Of a DNA stretch of 46,447 nucleotides, positions 7,812-17,236 are shown piece after piece; the first letter of the stretch is position 1, and each line of letters begins with the position of its first letter. The translations under genes and the position numbers were made by a program. A model generated the notes under the pieces. That model did no database searches and had not been told where the DNA came from. It was given only the letters and a program-made list of their open reading frames with translations. Source of the stretch: Pontiella sp. (lineage in GTDB: Bacteria > Verrucomicrobiota > Kiritimatiellia > Kiritimatiellales > Pontiellaceae); NCBI GenBank assembly GCA_050290185.1, contig JBNKHE010000013.1, forward strand, positions 1 to 46,447, given 5' to 3'.

Positions 7812-9800
7812 ATGAGCGAAAAACCATCCAAATACTATGTAACGACGCCGATCTACTATGTGAACGACAAGCCGCATATCGGCCATTCCTACACCACCAT
7901 CCTGGCGGACGTGCTGGCCAACTATCACCGGCTGCTCGATGTGCCGACCCATTTCCTGACGGGAACCGACGAGCATGGCCAGAAGGTGCAGCAGGCGGCG
8001 GACAAGAACGGCATAACCCCGCAGGAACAGTGCGACCAGACCGTTGTCCGGTTCCAGGAGCTGTGGAAGCGGCTCGAAATCGGGCATGACGACTTTATCC
8101 GCACCACCGAACCGCGCCATAAAAAGATTGTTCAGGAGATCCTGCAGGAACTCTTCGACCGCGACGAAATCTACAAGGCTGAATACGAAGGCTGGTACTG
8201 TGTCGGGTGCGAACGTTTCTTTACCGAAAAGGATCTCGTCGACGGAAACTGCCCGGAATGCGGCCGCAAGGTAGATGCGATCGTCGAATCCAACTATTTC
8301 TTCCGCATGAGCAAGTACCAGGAGTGGCTCATCCAGTATATCGAGGAACATCCCCAATTTATCCAGCCTTCTTTCCGGGCCAACGAAACCCTGGGATTCC
8401 TGAAAAACAAAGAACTGCAGGATCTCTGCATTTCACGGCCCAAGTCGCGATTGTCGTGGGGTATCGAACTGCCCTTTGATGATGAATTCGTGACCTACGT
8501 CTGGTTCGACGCACTGATCAATTATATTTCAGCCATCGGCTACAGGTCCGATGACGAGCAGTTCAACAAGTGGTGGCCGTGTTCGTGTCAGTTGATCGGC
8601 AAAGATATTCTCACGACCCATACGGTCTACTGGCCGACGATGCTCAAGGCGATGGGTGTTGAAATGCCGGAATCCATTTTTGCCCACGGCTGGTGGCTGA
8701 CGGGGCGCACTAAAATGAGCAAATCGCTTGGCAACGTCGTCAACCCGATGGATATGATCGACCGCTACGGCGTGGATGCATTCCGCTACTTTCTGATTGC
8801 GGAGATGACGTTGGGGCAGGATGCTTCCTTCACCGAAGAGGCTTTTGTGAAGCGTTACAACTCTGATCTGGCCAACGATCTCGGCAACGTTGCGAACCGC
8901 GTACTGAACATGATTTCCCGCTACTGCGACGGCAAAATGCCTGCTCCTTCTTCCGGCGGCTTTGAAACCCCGCTCGAAGATACACTGTGGCGGGAAGCCT
9001 CCACGGTGGCCGCGGACATGGGTGAGCTGATCAGCTCGATGAAACTTGACCATTCAGTGGCAACGGTCATGGGCGTGGTTCGGAAGATCAATGTCTACCT
9101 GCAGGAACGGGCTCCATGGAGTCTTGCGAAGCAGGAGGGTACCGAAGCCGAAGTCGCGCATTGCCTCTACACCGCCGCGGAATGCCTGCGCGTCTGTGCC
9201 GCACTGCTTTATCCGGTGATGCCCGAAAAGATGCTCGCCCTGCGCACCGCGCTCGGCATGGCCGATGCCAAACCTCATCTCGGCAAGCTTGCTGAATTCG
9301 GCGTGCTGGTGCCCGGTTCCGAAATTTCCCAGCCGGGTGCGTTGTTCCCGCGTATCGAGGTCAAGAACGCAGAAACGACAGCCCCGTCGCTTCCCCCGAA
9401 GAAGGGAAAACGCGACAAGAGCGTCGCGCCTGCGAAAAAGAAAGATGGTGGGACGGCGTCCACGCCATCGGCCGATGGCCTCATCACTTTTGATCAGGTC
9501 ATGGCCGTAAACCTCAAGACGGCGGTCGTGCTCGAGGCAGAGAAGATTGAAGGGGCCGACAAGCTGCTTAAACTGCAAGTCGATCTGGGTAGTGAAAAAC
9601 GCCAGCTTGTGGCCGGAATCGCCCTGCACTACAAACCGGAAGAACTGGTGGGCAAGACCATCGTGGTCGTGGCCAACCTGAGGCCGGCGAAATTGCGCGG
9701 GGTGGAATCGCAGGGCATGCTGCTGGCGGCATCCATCGGCGACACCCTCAAACTGGTGACCGTGGAAGGCGATATCGGAGCCGGTGCGGCCGTAAAATAG
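7812..9800 (+). CDS. metG: Methionine--tRNA ligase with C-terminal tRNA-binding OB domain
   Basis: HIGH and KMSKS motifs, CxxC..CxxC knuckle, C-terminal NLRPAKLRGVESQGM. Confidence 0.98.
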   Translation: MSEKPSKYYVTTPIYYVNDKPHIGHSYTTILADVLANYHRLLDVPTHFLTGTDEHGQKVQQAADKNGITPQEQCDQTVVRFQELWKRLEIGHDDFIRTTEPRHKKIVQEILQELFDRDEIYKAEYEGWYCVGCERFFTEKDLVDGNCPECGRKVDAIVESNYFFRMSKYQEWLIQYIEEHPQFIQPSFRANETLGFLKNKELQDLCISRPKSRLSWGIELPFDDEFVTYVWFDALINYISAIGYRSDDEQFNKWWPCSCQLIGKDILTTHTVYWPTMLKAMGVEMPESIFAHGWWLTGRTKMSKSLGNVVNPMDMIDRYGVDAFRYFLIAEMTLGQDASFTEEAFVKRYNSDLANDLGNVANRVLNMISRYCDGKMPAPSSGGFETPLEDTLWREASTVAADMGELISSMKLDHSVATVMGVVRKINVYLQERAPWSLAKQEGTEAEVAHCLYTAAECLRVCAALLYPVMPEKMLALRTALGMADAKPHLGKLAEFGVLVPGSEISQPGALFPRIEVKNAETTAPSLPPKKGKRDKSVAPAKKKDGGTASTPSADGLITFDQVMAVNLKTAVVLEAEKIEGADKLLKLQVDLGSEKRQLVAGIALHYKPEELVGKTIVVVANLRPAKLRGVESQGMLLAASIGDTLKLVTVEGDIGAGAAVK

Positions 9801-9940
9801 TGGGGGCGTAGAGCTTGCCATTATAGCCTGAAAAAGGGGTTGCAACGCACTGATGCACGTGTATCGTACACACAACTTTTTCTTCGTACCGCGATGGGCG
9901 CGGTATGGAATGTTGAGGATAAACTGGAGGAGTACTTCGG

Positions 9941-10768
9941 ATGAATAAAGTAATTACAATTGGTTTTGCGGCCCTCATGGCTGCGGGTATTGCAGGTGCC
10001 GAGGATGATATGGTTATGACCGGAATGGCTCCGGCGGCTCAGGCCGAGCCCGAAGTGACTGCTCAGGCAGCACTCCTTTCGTCCTATGTGTGGCGCGGAC
10101 AGGTTTACAACAACGACTTTGTGTTTCAGCCCCAGATCACCGTTTCTCAGTACGATGTGAGCTTCAATGTCTGGGCCAACTACGATGCGGCCGGCTCCAG
10201 CGCCGGAGGCGTCTCGGACGATATTTCTGAGCTCGATCTTTCGTTGGGCTACAGTCTGCCGGTGATTATCAACGAGCTGGCCTTTGATGTCGGTGCGATC
10301 TATTACTCGTTCCCGAACAGCGGTGTGGCCGCGGGATCTTCGGTGGCACCGTCGACGATCGAGCTGTATGGCCGCGCAACGGTCACAAGCTGGGAAGACT
10401 ATGAAATTCCGGTTATTCCGTCCTTGACCATCTTTGGCGATTTGGACGAAGTGAACGGTACCTATGTGCTGCTCGATGTCCATGTTCCCTATGCCATTAC
10501 TGATGTGCTTGATCTTACCGGCGGCATTTCGGCCGGTTATGGCAACACCGCATACAATGATTACTACTTTGCAGCCGGCACGGATGCCGGTTGGAACGAC
10601 TACAATTTCTATGCGATTGCCAGCTATGAAATCAGCGATTCAGTAACCGCACAACTGAACTTGACCTACACCATGCTCGAAGGCGGAGCCATCGAGAATG
10701 CGGCGAAGAGTAACTACGACTCCAAGGAAAAAATCTGGGGCGGCGCCGGTATTGCCTACGACTTCTAA
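9941..10768 (+). CDS. Outer-membrane beta-barrel protein (TorF/Gcw_chp-like putative porin)
   Basis: Signal peptide, SSYVWRG, ELDLSLGYS, C-terminal aromatic YDF. Confidence 0.75.
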   Translation: MNKVITIGFAALMAAGIAGAEDDMVMTGMAPAAQAEPEVTAQAALLSSYVWRGQVYNNDFVFQPQITVSQYDVSFNVWANYDAAGSSAGGVSDDISELDLSLGYSLPVIINELAFDVGAIYYSFPNSGVAAGSSVAPSTIELYGRATVTSWEDYEIPVIPSLTIFGDLDEVNGTYVLLDVHVPYAITDVLDLTGGISAGYGNTAYNDYYFAAGTDAGWNDYNFYAIASYEISDSVTAQLNLTYTMLEGGAIENAAKSNYDSKEKIWGGAGIAYDF

Positions 10769-10788
10769 TCAGAAGGCTCGGCACAATC

Positions 10789-10818
10789 AAACGCCCCGGT
10801 CAACGGGGCGTTTTTTTT
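10789..10818 (+). terminator. Intrinsic terminator
   Basis: ACGCCCCG-GTCAA-CGGGGCGT followed by a T tract. Confidence 0.9.
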
Positions 10819-10887
10819 GGTTTGGTCGCTCAACCGCAAATCGCTAAACTCCGCCGAATTTTTAATCAACCCGAGGGGAGGACTCCC

Positions 10888-11367
10888 ATGAATGAACTGC
10901 TCAATCTGCTGAAGCAAAATGCAATCGAAACGCCGGAAAACCTGGCCAAGATGCTCGGTATAACCGTCGACGAGGTGAAAAAACAGATCGCGGAATACGA
11001 GAAGGAAGGCGTGATTCGCGCCTATCAGGCCATCGTCAACGAAGAAAAGCTCGACGCCTCGCTGGTCACCACCGTGATCGAAGTCAAGGTGACCCCCGAA
11101 AGCGAAGGCGGGTTCGACCGTATTGCCGACCGTATCAGCCGCTTCCCCGAAGTGGAGGCCGTCTATCTTATGTCGGGCACGTTTGACCTGTTGCTGTTCA
11201 TCAAGGGACGCACCATGCACGAGGCCGCCAGCTTCGTCAGCGAAAAGCTGGCGACCATGCAGGGCATTACCTCCACCGCGACGCACTTCATGATGAAGAC
11301 CTACAAGCAAAATGGAATCCTCATGCACACAAGGGACGATAATGAACGACTCAAAGTCTCTCCATAA
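10888..11367 (+). CDS. Lrp/AsnC-family transcriptional regulator
   Basis: N-terminal HTH (LAKMLGITVDEV) and RAM domain (VYLMSGTFDLL); start MNEL after GGAGG. Confidence 0.93.
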   Translation: MNELLNLLKQNAIETPENLAKMLGITVDEVKKQIAEYEKEGVIRAYQAIVNEEKLDASLVTTVIEVKVTPESEGGFDRIADRISRFPEVEAVYLMSGTFDLLLFIKGRTMHEAASFVSEKLATMQGITSTATHFMMKTYKQNGILMHTRDDNERLKVSP

Positions 11368-12517
11368 CCGGATTGCCAAAACCGTACGCGATATTCCCCG
11401 ATCGGGCATCCGCGATTTTTTCGATATTGTCAGCTCCCGCGAGGATGTCATCAGTCTCGGGATCGGTGAACCCGATTTCGTCACTCCCTGGCATATCCGC
11501 GAGGCCGCGACGCTGGCACTCGACCGCGGGATGACCAGCTATACCTCCAACATGGGATTGCTGGCGTTGCGCCGTGGCATTGCCCAGTACGTGGAGAAGA
11601 AAACCGGCATTGGATACTGTCCCGAGGAAGAGGTGCTTGTAACCGTTGGCGTAAGTGAAGGTCTCGATCTGGCCATCCGTGCCCTGATCGAGCCGGGCGA
11701 CGAGGTGATCTATCATGAACCGAGCTATGTTTCCTACAATCCTTTGATCCAGTTTGCCTACGGCAAGCCGGTCGCTATCCAGACCAGGAAGGAAAACGGA
11801 TTCCGGCTTACCCGCGCCGAACTGGAGGCACATGTTTCGCCCAGATCGAAGGTGCTCCTGCTCAACTATCCGAATAATCCGACCGGTGCGGCGCTGACCC
11901 GGCAGGACGTCGAGGACATCGCCGCTTTTGCGATCGAGCATGACCTGATTGTGCTGACGGACGAGATCTACGACGAACTGACCTACGACCGCGAGCACTA
12001 CAGTATTATTTCCGTTCCCGGCATGAAGGAACGCACGGTCTACCTGCATGGATTCTCCAAGGCATGGGCCATGACCGGCTGGCGCATGGGCTTCACCTGC
12101 GCGCCGCCCGTATTGACGGAAGCCATGATGAAGATCCACCAGTATACGATGCTCTGTGCGCCGATCCTCAGTCAGGAAGCCTCCATCGAAGCACTCAAGA
12201 AAGCCGATGCCGATATTGCCTACATGAAGGCTGAATACAAAAAACGCCGCAATTTCATCCATGCCTCCTTCGAGGAGATGGGGATCCCGTGCGTCTATCC
12301 CGACGGCGCGTTCTATGCCTTTGCCGATATTTCGAAGTTCGGCATGTCCGCCAAGGAATTTGCCTTGAAGCTGCTCGACGAGCAGAACGTGGCCTGCGTT
12401 CCCGGTACCGCATTCGGCGCCTGCGGGGAAGGTTTTATCCGTTGCTCCTATGCCACGGCGATGGATGAAATCAAGGAAGCCATGGTTCGCATCGCACGCT
12501 TTATCGAAAAACTATAA
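11342..12517 (+). CDS. PLP-dependent class I/II aminotransferase (YugH/AlaT-like)
   Basis: LGIGEPDF, NYPNNPTG, DEIY, GFSKAWAMTGWRMG; overlaps the Lrp gene. Confidence 0.93.
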   Translation: MNDSKSLHNRIAKTVRDIPRSGIRDFFDIVSSREDVISLGIGEPDFVTPWHIREAATLALDRGMTSYTSNMGLLALRRGIAQYVEKKTGIGYCPEEEVLVTVGVSEGLDLAIRALIEPGDEVIYHEPSYVSYNPLIQFAYGKPVAIQTRKENGFRLTRAELEAHVSPRSKVLLLNYPNNPTGAALTRQDVEDIAAFAIEHDLIVLTDEIYDELTYDREHYSIISVPGMKERTVYLHGFSKAWAMTGWRMGFTCAPPVLTEAMMKIHQYTMLCAPILSQEASIEALKKADADIAYMKAEYKKRRNFIHASFEEMGIPCVYPDGAFYAFADISKFGMSAKEFALKLLDEQNVACVPGTAFGACGEGFIRCSYATAMDEIKEAMVRIARFIEKL

Positions 12518-15500
12518 TGCCTGTCATTAATGCCCAGCGCGAGTTGATCGTCTTTCCGACGGAACTGGCGTTGCGCCGTTATCAGCAGGCCCAGGCGCTG
12601 GAACGGGGGTGGGTCGATGCCTCCGGCCACACGACGTTTGCGCGGTTGCGCAAGCTTTGCCTGCCCTATGCCAGACTGAAGGGCAGCAGCATGAATCCTG
12701 CACAGCAGGTGCTCATGCGCAATCAGGTGGTCCAGGTGGCCCATGGTCACTTTGCTGGACAGGGCACCCTGGGCGAGTTGTCCTCCTCGGCCCTTTCCGA
12801 AGTCCTTGAACAGCTGGTCAGGGAAATGGCATTGCTTCCCGGAGAAACGACGCGAATCGTCGACTGGATGCTGGATCGGCCACGGAATCACAAGGTGCAC
12901 CAGCTCGGCACACTGTTCAGTGTCTGGCGGGCAATCCTGAAGCAGGAGGGCTACGCCGACGGCCTTGATGTCAATCTTGGGATTCTCCGGTTGCTGAGAG
13001 GCGGCCGCGAAAACTGGCCCCCTCTGTTGCGCGATGCCAAACAGATCACCTTTCGTTCGGTGCGCTGGTTCAACCCTTTCGAGGAATCCTGCGTTACGGC
13101 ATTGAATCATAAAATGAAGGTCCGGATTGAGTCGGCCTTGCCGTCGGCCCATGCGGAAGGGGCGGCAGACAGGATGGGTCAGCAAGTCCGTTCGGAAATC
13201 ATGACCGAGCCGTGGGCCATGTGGGCCGAGGACCTGGGCGATGCCCTGGCCGTGAACAGCCCCGACCTCTTTCAGATGGATGCCATTGAACGCATTGGCT
13301 TTTCCCGTTCGTCGGGGGCCTATGGCGAAATCGAAGATCTTGCGCGGCGCATCTGCTGGAGCCTTCGGGATAGTGGCATGGCTCCTGACCGGATGGCTCT
13401 CGTCGTACCGGATATCGGCAAGGTGCAGGACATCATTCCGCATGTTTTCGGACGCTTCCGGATTCCTTATTATTTCCGTCGCGGCAGGCCGGTGCTGTCA
13501 TCCCCATGTGTAAAAGCCTTTCTATCCTGGCTGGCCTTTCCGCTGCGCCCGGAACGCGATACGCTGATTGATCTTATCCGCAATCCCGCCATTCGCTTTG
13601 AAGACCGTGAACAGGCGGTTGACGGATTGCTCAAAGCCCCGCCTCGTATCGATCTTGATTCGGTGCCCTGTTTGCATGGTGTGGAATCTTGCTCCGGCAT
13701 CCGGGCCACAGCGATATTGCAGGAGCGGATCCTCGAACCCGACGATCATTTCAACAGTGAAGCGGTAAAGGCCGTGGGCGCCGCACTTGACGGATTGGAA
13801 AACCACATGATGCCGCTGCGCGAGCTGGTTGACCTGCTCGAAGAATTACTGGAAAACGTAACCATCAAGCCGCGCGACAGCCACGAGCAGGGCGTCTGGG
13901 TGCTCAATCCATACGATACCGTCGGGCTGGATTTCGATGTGGTTATGTTTGCTGCGCTCAACGAAGGCGAATTCCCGGCCGTACCCCAGCAGGATGCCCT
14001 GCTCAGCGACGATGAACGTCAATGGCTGCGCCGCCATCTGGAAGAGCAGGGCAGGCATCTTCCGTCAATGGCTTTGCCCAAGGCCGATGTCCTGTATGCG
14101 CAGCAGTCGGTACTTTTTTTGACCGTCCTCGGTATGGCGCGAACGCAACTGGTTCTTTCGTACCAGTCCGCGGATCAGGAGGGGAACGAAAAGAGCGAGA
14201 GCGAATACTTCCGGAAGCTATGGGATCTGGCCGGTTGGTGCTCGCAGGAACAGATCGTTCCCGGCCCATACGACCGGTGGCGTATCGACCAACTGGACCA
14301 TGACACTGTTTTTGCGCGTCATCTGGCAGCGCAACAGAATGTTATGCCCGAAGACCGGATACCCATGCCGGGCGAATCTTTCCTGACTATCGTTCCGCTT
14401 CCGCTTTGCCGGGCGAAGGACGAGGCATTGCAGGCGCTGGTGAATGGAGGGACCGCGCCCTCGCTGTCCGCGGATGATGAGGGGGACGCCGCCCCTCCAG
14501 TTCTCGGGCATCTCATTGCTATGCTCGACATCGAAGCCGAGCGCGAGGCCTTTCTGGATGCACCGATCGACGGGCGCGCCCCTTCGAAATATTGCGGACA
14601 TATTCCGGCGCTGAAGGGAAAGGTTGCCGAATGGCTCGACGCGAAGAAGGAGCTGAGTCCAACGGCGCTGGAAAAGCTGGCGCAGTGCCGGTATGTCTTC
14701 CTGCTGGAGCAGGTGTTCGGCCTGAAGGATGAGCGCCGGGCCGACGATACGCCCGATCCGATGAAAAAGGGCGGGTTAATCCATTCCATCCTGCACGAAA
14801 TCTATGCCGCTGTTGCAACCGGTGAATCCGGGATCGATACGCCGCGATGTTGGGCCGTCAAAACGGCGGCAGGGTGGATGCGGCGTGCGGAAGGAGGCCT
14901 CGATGCCATTCCGCTGGCCGTCTTTGTTCCGGAGCTAGAACATCAGTATGTTGCGTTTGCGAAGCAGGTCGCCCGGAAGTACATGGATCGTGTGGAGCTG
15001 GGCCATCCGGGTGTATGGGCGGCTGAAGGGGAAAAAGTGCTCGAGCAGATTCTGAACTTCGTGCGTCACGATGCCCAAACCTGCGTCGATGAAAGCCGCT
15101 ATCCGGCCTTGTTCGAGTTGAAGTTTTGCGGCGATGCCGCGGTCGAACTTGGAGATCTGAGTTTAAAGGGGATCATCGACCGCATTGATCTGGTTTTCGC
15201 GGATACCGGGGCGCTGGAAAAGATTCGGGTGCTGGACTATAAGGGAGCCAGCCGGTCCCGCAGCAAGCAGGACGACTATTTCGACGAAATCCGGCGCAAT
15301 CTCGATTGTCAGCTTCCGGTCTACGCCTTTGCGGCCCAGCAGCATTTTTTCGGGGAGTCCAATACGGAAACGATCAATGGGCAGACTGAAGCCGGATACC
15401 TGTTTTATGAACGCAAGCTATCCGATATCGCTACCAAGCTAAAGAAGAGCCTTGTGCCGATGGATGAACCGGGATTGCTCGGAGCCTTCATGGAAACCCT

Positions 15501-15621
15501 GTTCAAAAACATAGCGCTTTTGAAAGAATGCGATTTTTCTGTCGATCCCCTGATTGCTTCCTATAATGATTACGAGTCGATTTGTCGGACGACCGCGCTC
15601 GCGCATGATGAGTTGGATTAG
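12517..15621 (+). CDS. AddB/RexB-like protein with C-terminal PD-(D/E)XK nuclease
   Basis: Inactive helicase-like core (EIEDLARRI, GLDFDVV, LNEGEFP); nuclease motifs LSPTALE..C, GGLIHSILH, KGIIDRID, LDYK, QLPVY. Confidence 0.85.
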   Translation: MPVINAQRELIVFPTELALRRYQQAQALERGWVDASGHTTFARLRKLCLPYARLKGSSMNPAQQVLMRNQVVQVAHGHFAGQGTLGELSSSALSEVLEQLVREMALLPGETTRIVDWMLDRPRNHKVHQLGTLFSVWRAILKQEGYADGLDVNLGILRLLRGGRENWPPLLRDAKQITFRSVRWFNPFEESCVTALNHKMKVRIESALPSAHAEGAADRMGQQVRSEIMTEPWAMWAEDLGDALAVNSPDLFQMDAIERIGFSRSSGAYGEIEDLARRICWSLRDSGMAPDRMALVVPDIGKVQDIIPHVFGRFRIPYYFRRGRPVLSSPCVKAFLSWLAFPLRPERDTLIDLIRNPAIRFEDREQAVDGLLKAPPRIDLDSVPCLHGVESCSGIRATAILQERILEPDDHFNSEAVKAVGAALDGLENHMMPLRELVDLLEELLENVTIKPRDSHEQGVWVLNPYDTVGLDFDVVMFAALNEGEFPAVPQQDALLSDDERQWLRRHLEEQGRHLPSMALPKADVLYAQQSVLFLTVLGMARTQLVLSYQSADQEGNEKSESEYFRKLWDLAGWCSQEQIVPGPYDRWRIDQLDHDTVFARHLAAQQNVMPEDRIPMPGESFLTIVPLPLCRAKDEALQALVNGGTAPSLSADDEGDAAPPVLGHLIAMLDIEAEREAFLDAPIDGRAPSKYCGHIPALKGKVAEWLDAKKELSPTALEKLAQCRYVFLLEQVFGLKDERRADDTPDPMKKGGLIHSILHEIYAAVATGESGIDTPRCWAVKTAAGWMRRAEGGLDAIPLAVFVPELEHQYVAFAKQVARKYMDRVELGHPGVWAAEGEKVLEQILNFVRHDAQTCVDESRYPALFELKFCGDAAVELGDLSLKGIIDRIDLVFADTGALEKIRVLDYKGASRSRSKQDDYFDEIRRNLDCQLPVYAFAAQQHFFGESNTETINGQTEAGYLFYERKLSDIATKLKKSLVPMDEPGLLGAFMETLFKNIALLKECDFSVDPLIASYNDYESICRTTALAHDELD
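14445..14499. repeat. GGAGGG...CCCTCC palindromic element, in frame in the AddB-like gene
   Basis: First 28 nt are 24/28 identical to 26100-26127; same 3' end after a 3-nt gap. Confidence 0.8.
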
Positions 15622-15707
15622 CAACGAATGCAGGAAAATCAACTAATCAGCGCGACTGGATATTCGTTGTTTTGCCTGCATTCGTTGCACATAACCAGGA
15701 GGATGAG

Positions 15708-17114
15708 ATGGACATTAAACTCAAGTTTTTCGGGGCGGCCAGGAATGTTACGGGATCATGCTACTTTCTCGAGGCCAACGGCGTTCGGTTGCTGGTCGAT
15801 TGCGGGCTGTATCAGGAACGCGATCTGAAGCAACGCAACTGGGACGATTTCCCTGTTCCGGCAAACACCATTGATGCCGTTCTGCTGACCCATGCCCATC
15901 TCGACCACTGCGGACGTCTGCCCAAACTGGTGAAGGAAGGGTTTAACGGGACGGTCTTCGCTACGGCGGCCTCGGCAGAAATCGCCAACATCATCATGCT
16001 CGATTCGGCGCATATCCAGGAAGAGGACATTAAGCATAAGATGAAGCGCCATGAGCGTTCTGGTAAAAAAAGCCCATTCCCGTATGAACCACTCTACACC
16101 ATGGAAGACGCGGAGAAGGTCAACACCCTGTTCAATAAGGTGAAATACAACACCAAGGTTCCGATCGGCGAAGGTATAACTGCCGAGTTCCGGGAAGCCG
16201 GACACGTATTCGGGTCTTCATCCATCCGTATCGAAGTGGAGCAGGACGGCGAGACCCGCACCATCCTGTTTTCGGGCGATGTGGGCCGATGGGATCTGCC
16301 GATCATGCGCGATCCCTTCCAGTTCGAGCATGCCGACTATGTGCTGATCGAATCGACCTACGGCGACCGGGTTCATGAAGGTGTTGCCGATATTCCCGGC
16401 GAGTTGGAGCGGGTCATCAACGAAACACACAAAGCCGGCGGCAACGTGGTGATTCCGAGTTTTGCGCTAGAACGCACACAGGAACTGCTCTACCACCTGA
16501 ATAATCTGCTGGCAGAAGACCGCATTCCGCATCTGGTGGCCTTTGTCGACAGCCCGATGGCGGTCAAGATTACCGAGGTGTTCAAGAAGCACGAAGAGCT
16601 CTTCGATGAAGAAACCATGGCGCAGGTCCGTGCCGGCGACAAGCCGTGTGATTTTCCGGGACTCACCATGTCGCGCACGGTTGACCAGTCCAAGTCGATC
16701 AACCACATCAACGGCACGGCGATCATCATTGCCGGGTCCGGCATGTGCACCGGTGGCCGCATTAAGCACCACCTCAAGAACAACATCGGCAGGCCGGAAA
16801 GCACGATCCTGTTTGTCGGCTACCAAGCCGTCGGGACGCTGGGCCGCCGCATACTTGAAAAGCCCGAAACGGTTCGCATCTTTGGGGAAGAACATGCCAT
16901 AAGAGCACGCATTGAACGCATTTCCGGCTTTTCAGCCCACGCCGATCAGAACGAGCTCTATCAGTGGATTTCCTCCATCAAGGAACCTCCCCGCAAGGTC
17001 TTTGTCACCCACGGCGAAGAATCGCAGGCCACCGCCTTCCAGCAGTTCCTGATGGAAAAGACCGGCTGGACCTGCGTTGTGCCCGAGTACGAACAGGAAG
17101 TTGTGCTGGATTAA
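15708..17114 (+). CDS. MBL-fold beta-CASP ribonuclease (CPSF3/YSH1-like)
   Basis: THAHLDH, AGHVFGS, ESTYG, SGMCTGGR, FSAHAD, VTHGE. Confidence 0.93.
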   Translation: MDIKLKFFGAARNVTGSCYFLEANGVRLLVDCGLYQERDLKQRNWDDFPVPANTIDAVLLTHAHLDHCGRLPKLVKEGFNGTVFATAASAEIANIIMLDSAHIQEEDIKHKMKRHERSGKKSPFPYEPLYTMEDAEKVNTLFNKVKYNTKVPIGEGITAEFREAGHVFGSSSIRIEVEQDGETRTILFSGDVGRWDLPIMRDPFQFEHADYVLIESTYGDRVHEGVADIPGELERVINETHKAGGNVVIPSFALERTQELLYHLNNLLAEDRIPHLVAFVDSPMAVKITEVFKKHEELFDEETMAQVRAGDKPCDFPGLTMSRTVDQSKSINHINGTAIIIAGSGMCTGGRIKHHLKNNIGRPESTILFVGYQAVGTLGRRILEKPETVRIFGEEHAIRARIERISGFSAHADQNELYQWISSIKEPPRKVFVTHGEESQATAFQQFLMEKTGWTCVVPEYEQEVVLD

Positions 17115-17119
17115 GACAT

Positions 17120-17148
17120 GTAGACGCGACGCCTCGTCGCGTGTCTAC
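17120..17148. repeat. GTAG-type REP palindrome GTAGACGCGACGCCTCGTCGCGTGTCTAC
   Basis: GTAGAC...GTCTAC ends with an inner CGCGAC/GTCGCG stem; lies between convergent genes. Confidence 0.8.
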
Positions 17149-17154
17149 GCTAAG

Positions 17155-17182
17155 AAAAAGGCGCTCCGGATGGAGCGCCTTT
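17155..17182. terminator. Intrinsic terminator (stronger for hcp, minus strand)
   Basis: AAAAAGGCGCTCC-GGAT-GGAGCGCCTTT. Confidence 0.85.
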
Positions 17183-17236
17183 CTAATTTCCCCGTGGTTA
17201 CACCAATCTGGTTATACCTGAGGCCCTTCGGCTGGC

